Assembly: GCA_028534125.1 (NCBI GenBank)
Contig: CM052818.1
Coordinates: 26,724,001-26,788,000 of the forward strand
Direction of reading: 5' to 3'
Length of the DNA stretch: 64,000 nucleotides
Source: Lama glama
Lineage: Eukaryota
Part shown: piece after piece, positions 27,101 through 39,100 of the stretch
Layout of the letters: each line of letters begins with the position of its first letter
How positions within the stretch are numbered: position 1 is the first letter of the stretch
Translations under genes and position numbers: made by a program
The notes under the pieces: model-generated
The model's input: the letters and a program-made list of their open reading frames with translations, nothing else
Database searches by the model: none
What the model was told of the DNA's origin: nothing

Positions 27101-30100
27101 TAATTCCACATCAGCATATCTGGAGGATTTGTTAATTCTGGGTGTCCTGATGTCTGGGGTTCTAGACCATCTGGAACATCCCTGGGATTCAGCAAGCACG
27201 ATAGAGAGAGAATTTTAAAATTATCATAGGAGATAATAGTTCAGCAGTCAGCAGAGGAGACCCTTGAGGGGAGAGAAGGACACATAATTAGCTATAGTAT
27301 AGGGTTAGGTATTTGAAAGGCTGTCATGTAGAAGTATAATTAGGTTATTTTGATAAAATTATATATATTTAAAGTATATAACAAAGATTTGATCCGTGTA
27401 TACATTGTGGTAATTACCATAATCAAGTTAATTAACATATTTTCTTGGTGACAATGCTTAAGATCTGTTCTTAGCAAATTTCAAGTATACAGTAACAGTA
27501 TTAAGTATATTCATCATGCTGTACGGTAGATCCTCTCAGAACTTACTCATCTTATAATTGAAAGTTTGCATCTTTGACCAGCATCTCATTTCTTCCACCC
27601 CAACCCCTGACAACTACCAGTCTGTTCTCTGTTTCTATGAATTTGATTTTTTTCAATTCCACATATATGTGAAATCATAGAGTAGTTGTCTTTCTCTGTC
27701 TGACTTTCTTCACTAAGCACAATGTCCTCTGGGTTCATGCATGTCACAAGTAGGATTTCCTTCTTTCTCATGACTGAATAATAATCTGTTGTGTGTTTAT
27801 GCCACATTTTCTTTATCCAGTCATCTTATTGACAGACACATAGGTTGTTTCTGTACTTTGGCTGTTGTGAGTAATGCCGAGAACACGAGCGTGCAGATTT
27901 CCTTTGGATATATGCCCAGAAGTGGAATTGCTGGATCATATGGTAGTTCTGTTTTTAATTTGTTGAGGAATCACCATAGTGTTTTACACAGTGGCTGTAC
28001 CAACTTATATTCATACCAACAGTGTACGAGGGTTCCACTTTCTCCACATCCTTGTCAGTGTTAGTTATCGCTTGCCTTTTGGTAATAGTCATCCTAACAT
28101 GTGTGGTTGATATCTCAGTGTAGTTTTGATCTGCATTTCCCTGATGATTAGTGGTATTGAGCATCTTTTCATGTACCTTTTGGCCATTTGTATGTCTTCT
28201 TTGGGAGAATGTCTATTTAGGTCCTCTGTCTATTTTTTAATTGAATTATTTGGAATTTTTTGCTATTGAATTGTATGGAGTTCCTTATATATTTTTTATA
28301 TTAACCTTTTATCAGATACATGGTTTGCAGATAATTTTGTTTATAGGTTGGCTTTTCATTTTGTTGACTGTTTCCTTTGTTGTGCAGAAGCTTTTTAGTT
28401 TGATCTAGTCCCACTTGTTTATTTTTGCTTTTGTTGCTTGTATTTAGGTAATCTTGTGTTGCTCCAGAAGGCAGTAGTAGAATTAATGGTTGAAAATTAC
28501 ACAGGAACAGATTTCAACTATGGGTAAAGAAGGTATTTTCTGGCAAAAAATGAGTTGTCCAAAGTTAGTGAGCAGTCTGCAATCACTAGAGATACTGTAC
28601 AACCACTTCCCATGAAGTGAATCACTTATTATTCAGCAAATATTGAGTACTTATTAAGTGCCAGGCACCAGCTTTATAACAGTGAATAACACAGACACAG
28701 GTCCCTGTTCCATTGGACTCTAGGGGTGAGAGGGGGAGGAGAGAATGGCAGAAGAATGAGTTAAACTATAATGAACATAAATATGGGGGACTGAGAAAGG
28801 AGATAACGGAGGAACCTGTGCACATGCAGACAGCTGGAGAAGAGCATTCTGGGCAGAGGGAAAAGTATGTATGGGAAGGATACAGTCATACAGTTTTACA
28901 TTGAGCTGGAGAGTCTCTGAAGTCCTCACAATTCAGTTTCCTACTCCACGTGTATGCTTCACCAGAACCATGTGGAGGCAGCCTCTGGTCACCAGATAGT
29001 AGGGAGTGATGCAAGGACAAGAACCTGATCTAGTCCACTGCTTACACAGGTCAGTTTTCATTGTTTGGCTTTGGATTAGCCTTTCATGCACAGTTCTGTA
29101 TCTATATGAAAACTACACTGTTAGGGCTGTGCTCTGTTGGTCTGGAGAATGGAAAACCACTTGGGAAAGAGAAAAGAAACCACAAAAAAAGGTCTCTTGA
29201 TCCTGTGGATTTTTCCCCTGATATTATCATCATTCCTTCTATTCTGATCATTGACTTCCGTTTTACGTCTTAGGGCAGAAATGGTCTCTTGTGTATAGCA
29301 CAGGGAAATATATACAAGATCTTATGGTAGCTCACAGCAAAAAAAAATGTGACAGTGAATATGTATATGTTCGTGTATAACTGAAAAATTGTGCTCTACA
29401 CTGGAATTTGACACAACATTGTAAATGACTATAACTCAGTAAAAAAAATGTTAAAAAAAAAGAAATGGTCTCTTCTAAAATAAGCAGGAAGGTTATCTCT
29501 AACTAAGATTAAGTTAGTAGTTGACTCTAATATGTGACTGCTAGTTATGGGGGTGTTTTATGAATAAACATGTGGTCTTTTTTCTGTTTTGCAGGAAGAT
29601 GCTGGATCCAGGCTTGATGATGTGTTCTAAGCAAGCCATGTTTCTTAACCTTGTCTACAAATCTCTGAAAGCGGACATCGTATTGCGGAGGGTGAAGGCT
29701 TTTGTGAAGAGGTTACTTCAAGTTACTTGTGAACAGATGCCACCGTTCATATGTGGAGCTTTATATCTTGTGTCTGAGATCCTTAAAGCAAAACCAGGTT
29801 TAAGAAGTCAACTAGATGATCATCCGGTATATTTTATAGCTGCTTTTTAAATCGAGTGGGTTCTGAAATATATTTGGTATTTTCCTTCTTTGCTTCAGTG
29901 ACAATAACTTACTTAGTTCTCTGGAGCATGTAGTATGAGTCCTGGAAGCAGACGGACCTGGATTTTAGTCCCAGGTGTAGAGTTTACTAGGTGGGCAGGT
30001 TGCTTGACCACTTTACTTGTAATAAACTACCCTAAACTGATTATATGAAATAGTTGTAGACATTTGTAGAGCTAGTGGGTCTCCTACCTGTCTCCTCAGT

Positions 30101-33100
30101 TGTGAAGTGGACATAATAGCACCTGCCTGATAGAGTTATTTATAACAAGTCAGAGATTTACCTGAGGGCTGAATGTTTTGAATGTCTCAGGTATTCTTGG
30201 CTCAAAACTTTTTTATTACGTTTAAAATTTATTACATTTAAAAATAAGAATATGGTCTCATTCTAAATTTCATTGATGGAACTTTCACGTTTCATCAGAG
30301 TTGCAATAAGCGAATCTTCTTCAGAACTATCTCATGTAATTGAATATAGACTTCCAGTTGATTAACCCAGATTCATTAAACCATTTTTTTTAGGAGTCTG
30401 ATGATGAAGAAAATTTTACTGACATAAAAGATGATGAAGAAATAGAAAAATTCACTGATGCAGATAAAGAAACAGAAACAGATACTGTGAAAAAAGTTGA
30501 GATGGAAGAAACTGTGTCTGAAAGTCATGTGGAAACCAAAAAGTTAAAATCTGCTTCTTGGGTGCACTTTGATAATTTGAAAGGTGAGTTTCGTAAATAT
30601 TAAATGATTCTCTTGAATCTTTAAACAGAGGAATTGGATTCCCCTTTGATCTTAATAGAAGTAAATATACCATTTTAGAAGTCCTCAATATTGCTTTCCT
30701 TTAAATGGGAGTTCTCATAACCAGATATATATAGGAACTTAGAAGTAAATTTTTAATATAATGAATCATTTGTTCATTAACAGTACTACAGATAATAAAT
30801 ACATATTTTTAAATAAATCTTAGAAATTAAAGTAGATCTTTTTGGAACTGTGAAGATTTAGTGAGAAAACTGGACATGTTCGATGCACAACAGATCTCTT
30901 TTTCTTCAGGTATGGATTTAATAAGTTTACACCTTTGAACCAGTTTTAGTTTCTTGGCTTTTATCTGTACATGTAAAACCCTCCTACATGAAACATATAT
31001 GAAAACAACAAATGTATGTACACTAAAGTTTGATTTCTAAACAAAAAATATCTGGTTACATATTGTGAATTGTGTGGAACTTGTAGTTATTTTGTTTGAG
31101 CCTCATATTTACCCTCTATAGTTCCTCAAAGTAGTGTTTTAGGATTGAAAACTTTCTGTGAAGTAGAAGCTTTAGGTTTTCCATCCACATACACAAATTG
31201 AATTAAGTCTCGTAACAGAATATTAGAGCCAAAAGAAATCTTAGAAGTACAGCCTCTTCATTTGAGGCTGTAAAGAAAAGCACACTAGCCTTGAGGATCA
31301 AGAAATGTGCCTATTTCTTCCAGCTTGTTGTGGGACTCTTGATCAGATGATTTTCTCTCTCCAAACTTCAGTTTGCTTGTGAAGTATAAAAGAGGAGTAT
31401 GGCAGCCATCAGGAAAGCTTTTAAAAGAATCCATCAGTTGCCCTGAAGGCCAACCCGAGTATAATCCTTTAGAGAGATGATGAGCAGGTGCATTGTGAAG
31501 GAGACAGTTCCTGTTATGTGCTCAACTTTTCTTGCTTTAATTTTTTAATCCAGAGGGTTGCTGAAAACATGAAAAAGATATTATAAACCTGTTCAAGTGA
31601 GACTTATTTCTGGGCATAATTTAATGATAAATATTCAGTGCACTCTAAAGTTCCAAAAGAATTTAGGCCTGTTTCATCCTCAGGTTATTTGCCATGTTAC
31701 CACTTATGACCTAATTGACCAAGAAATGGGTGCCTTTTGTTGCTATTTGAAAAGGGAATAAAATCTGAAGGGGAGCTTTTAGTAGTTGGAATAAACATGC
31801 TGCCTGGTTTATTCAATAGCAAATACTAGCTTGGGTACCATGATAAATTCTTGACAAGGCTTGGAGTTTTTGATCTAGGTAGGATACCTGGCTAGCTAAG
31901 AGTATTGAAAATTATAGGTGTAATTGACATCAGTAGTTTTGGTGGTTTTAGTGACCTCTTGGTCTAGGAATAAAACATTTGAGAAATACTATTTTATTTT
32001 TTTGTTCTCAGGTGGCAAACAGTTAAACACATATGATCCATTCAGTAGAAACCCTTTGTTCTGTGGAGCTGAAAATACAAGTCTTTGGGAACTCAAAAAG
32101 GTAAAATAATTTCAAATTGTCTCTTAATTCATCTGTGCTGTATTTTGTCCCCATGGATTTAACACCTTCAAGTTTTCTTTTTTTGTGTGTGAATGATAAA
32201 TATAGGAGTTTATTTATTTAGACATTAATTGGCATAAGGAAGCAATTTGAAGTTTGTCACTTGGCTGTAATACCTTATAACCCATATTTCTGTTGCCTCT
32301 GATAAACATTGAATTTATCTGTTTCTCCATTCACATGTAGAAAATCTTAAATAATGTGCATGCAAAATAAGGATGTTAATACATGGCTAGAAACAAATTT
32401 TGCTTTTTCTAAGTAGATTATTGCATATAATGGCTCTATATAGGGATAAGTTTTGCTTTATGTATTAGGTATGTCTGAAAAGTTTTGTGATGACAGAACT
32501 TTTTCCAAGCAAAGTTACTTTTTAAACACATAAGAGGTATTCGTATTTATAATAACCTTTCTATGATTCTTTTGGGAAAGCAAGTAAGTGACTTCCTATA
32601 CAGACTTGTTAGCAAGTCTGATAGGTCATAGCTACTTTCATAGTGATACCAAGACATTCTTTGCCTTTGTCACTGTTGACAGTGGCACTGATAGTAAAGA
32701 AATGATGGATAAAACTGCTGATTCTTTAGCACAAATAAAACAGTAGAACCAGGCTGCACTCATGGTCATTAAATTCTTCATTGCCACATACTTGTAGGGA
32801 ACAAAAAAATCAAGTATCACATAAGAGTGATGAAGCAGGAAAAAAAATTGTTGATTTTATTATCTTGACCCCAAAATACATACATTTCTTTTTACTATTC
32901 TGTGTGCATATATAACAAGAACACATAAGGCACTTTGCTGCAGACCTAAGTATGAGGGTTGTGTGATGTCTCGGGAAAGTGCCTGGGGAGTTGTCGGAAA
33001 CGCCGCTAGCTGCTTTTTTCGTGAAAGGCTGGCTGACAGACTGGTGATTCAGACTTGGGTATTTGGGAGATTTTTTCTTGAAAATGAATGAAGTGAACCT

Positions 33101-36100
33101 TTTGCTTCAAACAAAACAGCTGACAGTGTTTGTTGTCAATGATAAAATTCAAGCTTTTAAGCACAGATTAAAATTTTAGAACTCCTATAACCACCATCTT
33201 GAACTTAACAGTTTCTCAGTAGATAAAAACTTTTCTGATGAAAATCAGTGGTGATACTAACAGTGTGATTTTTGTGATGTTGAATGAAATGTGACTAACA
33301 TTTGGAAGATTTGCATAACTCACTGAGTCAGTATTTTCCAAATGACCGATGCACAGTGTTACAGAGTCAAGCATGGATAAAAGATCCATTCACTGTAGAC
33401 CAGTCAATTTTAAGTAGCAAGTACCAAAAGCTGATTGATGGGGTTTCAGATTCCATATTGCAGCTAATCTTCAATTTCAATATAGTAGCAAAGAAAAAAA
33501 CTCCACATTTATGTGAAAGACTATTGGTTAATCCTCTTTTTTTCCAACTATGTATCTGTGTGAGGCCAGATTTTCTCCATATACTTCAACTAAAATAACA
33601 TGGAATACAGAAGCAGATATGAGAATCCACTGTCTTCTGTTAAACCAGACATTAAACAGATTTGCAAAACTGTGAAATAATGCCACTCTTCTCACTCAAA
33701 TTTATTTGTTCTGAAAAAGTTATTTTTATGAAACATTTATATCAATATATAATGTGTTTATTGCTATTTTAAATGAACTATGTTTAAAATTTTTCTGTTG
33801 TAATATCTAATGAAGTAAATATCAATAGATACATCCTACTTAAATTAAGAAAGCTCTTGAGGTCCTTGATTTTTTAAATTTATGTCTCTATTTAACAATA
33901 TCATTTTTTAAATTGAAGTATAGTTGATGTACAATATTATGTTACAGGTATACAATACAGTGATTCACAATGTTTAAAGGTTATACTCCATTTATAGTTA
34001 TTATAAAATATTGGCTATATTCCCCATGTTGTACAATACATCCTTGTAGCTTATTTCATACCTGATAGTTTGTATCTCTTAATCTTCCAACTCCATCTTG
34101 TCCCTTCCCCCTTCCCTCTCCCCACTGGTAACCACTAGTTCCTTCTCTACATCTGTAAGTCTGTTTCTTTTCTGTTATATTCACTAGTTTGTTGTATTTT
34201 GTTAGATTCCACATTAAGTGGTGTCTTATAGTATTTGTCTTTCTCTGTCTGACTTATTTTACTTAGCATAATGCCCTCTAAGACCATCCATGCTGTACAC
34301 CAGAAACTAATACAACATTTTAAATCAACTGTACTTCAGTTAAAAACCAAGTAAACAACACAATTATAGTATGTGCAGAACTGAACAGACATTTTTCCAA
34401 AAGAGGAAATGCAGATGGCCAACAGGAACATGAAAAGTTGCTCAGCATCACCAGTCTCAGGGAAATGCAAGTCAAAATCACAATGAGATATCATCTCACA
34501 TCTGTCAGAATGGCCATTATCAAAAAGAACACAAATAACAAATGTTGGCAAGGATGTAGAGAAAAGGAAACCCTTGTACACTGTTGGTGGGAGTGTAAAT
34601 TAGTGCAGCAACCATGGAAAACAATATGGAGGTTTCTCAAAAACCTAAAAATTGAACCACCACATGGCCCAGCAATTCTACTCCTGGGCATCTATCCAAG
34701 AAAAACAAAAACATTAATTCAAAAAGATACATACACCTCACTACTAACAGTTGAGGTCCTTGATTGTTAAGAATCACTTTTCTGATATATTGGGTTAAGT
34801 TTCAATTTTTTGGATTTTCATAAATAATCTACAGCTATAGTAAAAGGTCACCTAATTTCACATTTTTCTTTTTAGCTGTCTGAGCATTTTCATCCCTCTG
34901 TGGCCCTTTTTGCAAAGACTATCCTTCAGGTAAGTCTCAAATATTCAGGAGACAAAAAGTAAGTAATCCAGTTTTAGAGAATCAGTAATTGGTCAAACAG
35001 TGCTTTCTCCACCAGAAAGAATCATGAACATTCTCTGCTGTTGTAAAGAAAGATTGCCCTCCCTTTTCCCATTTGCTGTGTTGCCACTCAGGGTTTGTTT
35101 CCTGGTTAGATGACCTGCAGTATTAATACTATTTGCCTATTCATAAAATCATCAGTGCATCTTAAATGTGTATGAGTGTGTTTAATTTCTTCAAGAAGAG
35201 AATAATGTGCATGAGAGGGATGTTTGAAGGGTCTTTTATTCCATGTTTGTGCCTTCGAAGCAATGTAATAGATGCTTACATTTTTCTTTTTGTTTCTCAT
35301 CTAGATGCATACATGTAATTTGAGTTAAGTTCTTAATTCCTTCTCCCCTCCCCACCCCTCACCTTTCAGGGAAATTATATTGAGTATTCAGGGGACCCAC
35401 TACAGGATTTCACACTAATGAGATTCTTGGATCGATTTGTATACCGAAATCCAAAGCCACATAAAGGCAAAGGTATGCTTCTATTTGATGAATTTTTCAA
35501 TTGATGCTGCTGTAATATGAGCATATAACTAGGTTTTACATTACGCTGTCATGATTTTACATTTCAGGAAACACAGACAGTGTTGTGATGCAGCCAAAAA
35601 GAAAACATTTTATGAATGATATTCGTAGTCTTGCTGGTAAGTATAAAGCCTGGACAGTTGAAACTGATAAGACAGTACAAGTTAGTAACACATAAATTGT
35701 GTTATTCTTTGCTCTTCTTTATCAGAATAAAACTTAAGCACCAGAGATAATTATCCATCTCTGTTCTGAAGAGTGTATGCATTTTCAAGCTTATTGTGAC
35801 TGGGCTGTTTTTTTTTTTATTTTATTAAAAAAATTTCAAACATATTCAAAATATATACATAAGTAGTATGATGAGCCCCCTCCCTCAACCCATAACCATT
35901 ACCCATCTTCAACAATTAACATTTTGCCATTCTTTATAGCTTTATCTGGCTTCTCCCCTCCAGCCTATATATAATTACCTTTTACAGTTCAGACCATGTT
36001 AAGCTCACTACTATGGGCTCGGCAGAAAACCCACAACAGATTTTGTCACAGAGCATCTTTTTAAACTCAATTGATAACCTACTTCTATGGGTATTTAGTA

Positions 36101-39100
36101 CCCATCTTGTAGATCTGATTTTGTCTTTGTATTCAGAGCAGACATTTCTTTACATACTAGATTTAGCTCCTTTTTATTTTTCTTAGTTTTGCCTCAGTAT
36201 TAAGTAAAATTGTGGATACTTCTATCTTTACCTTTACTTCCTATTTGCAGAGTGGCAGGCGTTATTGTCATTTTTCCAAGATGAAAATGACAAGTTTAAA
36301 TTTATGATTAAAAGAACTCTTTTAATTTTTTAAGTTTTTCTCTTGAAATTTGGATCCTGGATGCAGTTGGAGGACAGTGAGAGAACCCTGTTCTTTCACT
36401 GTGATGCACTGATGGCTACAAAGTTAGATTGTAGCCCACAAAGTTTCAAACGTTGTGTTTCCTCTACACAGATTTTTCCAGATTCACACTATAAGATGCC
36501 TTGTGTTCAACTTCCTTACATTTTGAGACTTTAGAATTATAGGTATTCTGCACTTAGTCTGAAGAGCTTGAATAACATAAAAAGGATTACTTTAATAAAT
36601 TAAAATTTTTAACTTCTCCTAGTTAACAGTAAGGAGTTCCTTGCAAAAGAAGAAAGCCAAATACCAGTGGATGAAGTGTTTTTCTATAGGTAATACATCT
36701 AATGGTTTCATTTGGGGAACTGTTAAATTTAAAATTGTTAGATTCCGTAAATGGTTTAACATAGGCCTATCTTGAAAAGATCAATGGTTATGTCAATATC
36801 TATTTTTGTGAGGGGAATTTAGAAATGTCAGTTTGCTAATATTAAGATATCTAAGTGAAACTAAAGCAAATTTGGGGGCTTTGTTTTTAATAATTTAGCA
36901 TCAATTTTAAGTGTCTTGACTTTGTGAAATTTAATCTTTTTTTAATATAGTAATTTTCTTACAGGCTTTAAATCTATATCAGTCTGATATAATGATAAAT
37001 AATTCAAGAGTAATTCGTCCAAAACATGGCTCTAAACAGAATTAGCAAAATTCATAGCACTACCATGGAGATAAGTCCTAAACCTACTGGAATTCCTACT
37101 AATGCCTCGTAGTAGTAAAGGAACTGTTACCTGTTGATTAATTCAGTTGTTTTGTTGTTGTTGTTGTTTTACATTTTGTGTAAAGAATTTTGAGGGTATG
37201 ATCCCATCTGCAAAATGCTAAGTTTCACTGTACCCCAATATAAGAATAAATCTAACTGATAAGCATTGTGATTAGTGGTCATTTAGAGCCACAGTTTATA
37301 ATATTGGAATACTTGCATCATTTCATTAGTTTTAATGCTAAAACAGCCTTTTACTGTGCCATTTAATTAAGATGAGTTAAGGTGTTTTTATGAAGAACCA
37401 CCCTAAATCGTTGAAATTTATTCTCCACATTTCAGAAGTTTCCAACTATTTTGTTGAATTCAAAACTTTTTTTTTAATAATAAATACAAACTTTAGTCAT
37501 TTATATCCAATGGAATTAACTGCTTTTACACTTGTTAGTGTCACTGGTCATAGGTGTTTTGATTATAGTAAAATGGGCCTTTTAATAAAATTATCAAATA
37601 TGTAACATGCATTTTATTTTAGGTATTATAAAAAAGTTGCTAGGGTTAAAGAGAAACAAAAACGAAATGAAGATGAAGAAAGTATAGAAGATGTGGATGA
37701 TGATGAGTTTGAAAAGATGATTGGTAATTTTTTTATCTATATAATCCACAGAGCTAGAAATAATTTAATTGGAATTTAGACTGAAACAAAAACCATGGGA
37801 AATTAGAAAAAATTACATTGAGCTCACCTCTGTTAAATATTGAATTACACCTACTAAAAAATAAGCACATAAGTAGTTCTAGTGTAGTAAAAAGGACTGT
37901 AGTTGCTAAATACTGTTTTATTTGATATTTTCCCTCTCCCCATAAAAGAACTGTAGAAAGAAGCTAAAATTAACTGGAACCCATTTAGTTTAGGCAGTTA
38001 GTTAAGGTCAGTATATTCATAGGTTTATGTAGTTTAATAAAACACACCAGCGGTGGTCAGACGTATATCATTTTGGTGTTCACTCATGAACAGCAGGCTC
38101 ATGACTGTGTTAACTGATTCAGACATACGACACATTACTCCTTGCTGTATCTCATCATTTGTGTATTGTTCTCTGGCAGACACTTTTGAAGATGATAATT
38201 GTTTCACCTCTGGAAAGGATGACCTTGATTTTGCTAGGTAAAATACTTTTCTTCAGTAATAGGGGGTTTTTTGTTTGTTTTTTCCTTACTGTTTTCCCAG
38301 CATTTCCCAAATTATTGTCCCTCAGAACAGTAGAACATGAGCACAGGACTCTGTGATGTATAGGAGAAAGGTATTAAAATAAGTTTGGGAAATAGATACA
38401 GTACTTTCATTTTTTAGACTTTTATAATGCTCATTAGTATAGTAAATAAAGGCTCGGAGCTGAGTATAGTAAATAAAGGCTCGTTAGTACAGTAAGTAAA
38501 GGAGAGGCTCGTACCTCTCTTTTGAATTCTGTTAATAGCCTAGTAACCTGCTGTTCACCAAAATATACTTTAGAAAACAGTGTCCTCTTCTACATTACAA
38601 GTTGTTCTTTTTCTGCAGCAACGTGAAAAAGAAAGCAAAAGGAGCTAGGGATGACTCAGAAGATGATGATTCAGAAGATGATGACCTTGATAACCTGGAT
38701 GATGATGAAGTCTCCTTAGGAAGTATGAATGAGGAATTTACTGGAATTGAGGAAGATGGAGGAACATTCATGGATGTGCTTGATGATGAAAACGAGAGCA
38801 TTCCAGGTAAACATTTTAAAATAGAAGATAGAAACAAACTCTTTCTTCCCCAGCATAGGCTAGTTTTTCAGTTGAAGGGTTTTGCTTTTTGGTTTTGTTG
38901 GTGGTGGTCTTTTTTAACATTACCCTGTATTCAAATAAATACCCAGATCGGCCATTACTTGAAAGAGGACCTTTTTCCCTCTCATTTGAAACTGAAGCTT
39001 TGCTTTGCTCTTTTTTCTTTTCTTTCCTTTCCTTTCCTTTTCCCTTTCCCTTCCCTCCCCTCCCCTTTCCTTTCCTTTCTTTTTTTCCTTTCTTTTTTTT

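Noticed and set aside
29005..29030. Possible C/D box snoRNA (gtgatg...ctga) in CEBPZ intron 2
   Set aside because: Imperfect C box, boxes too close together, no terminal stem or recognisable guide.
38436..38511. CRISPR-like repeat/spacer array
   Set aside because: Eukaryotic intron, 2-3 copies, spacers only 2-6 bp, no cas genes.
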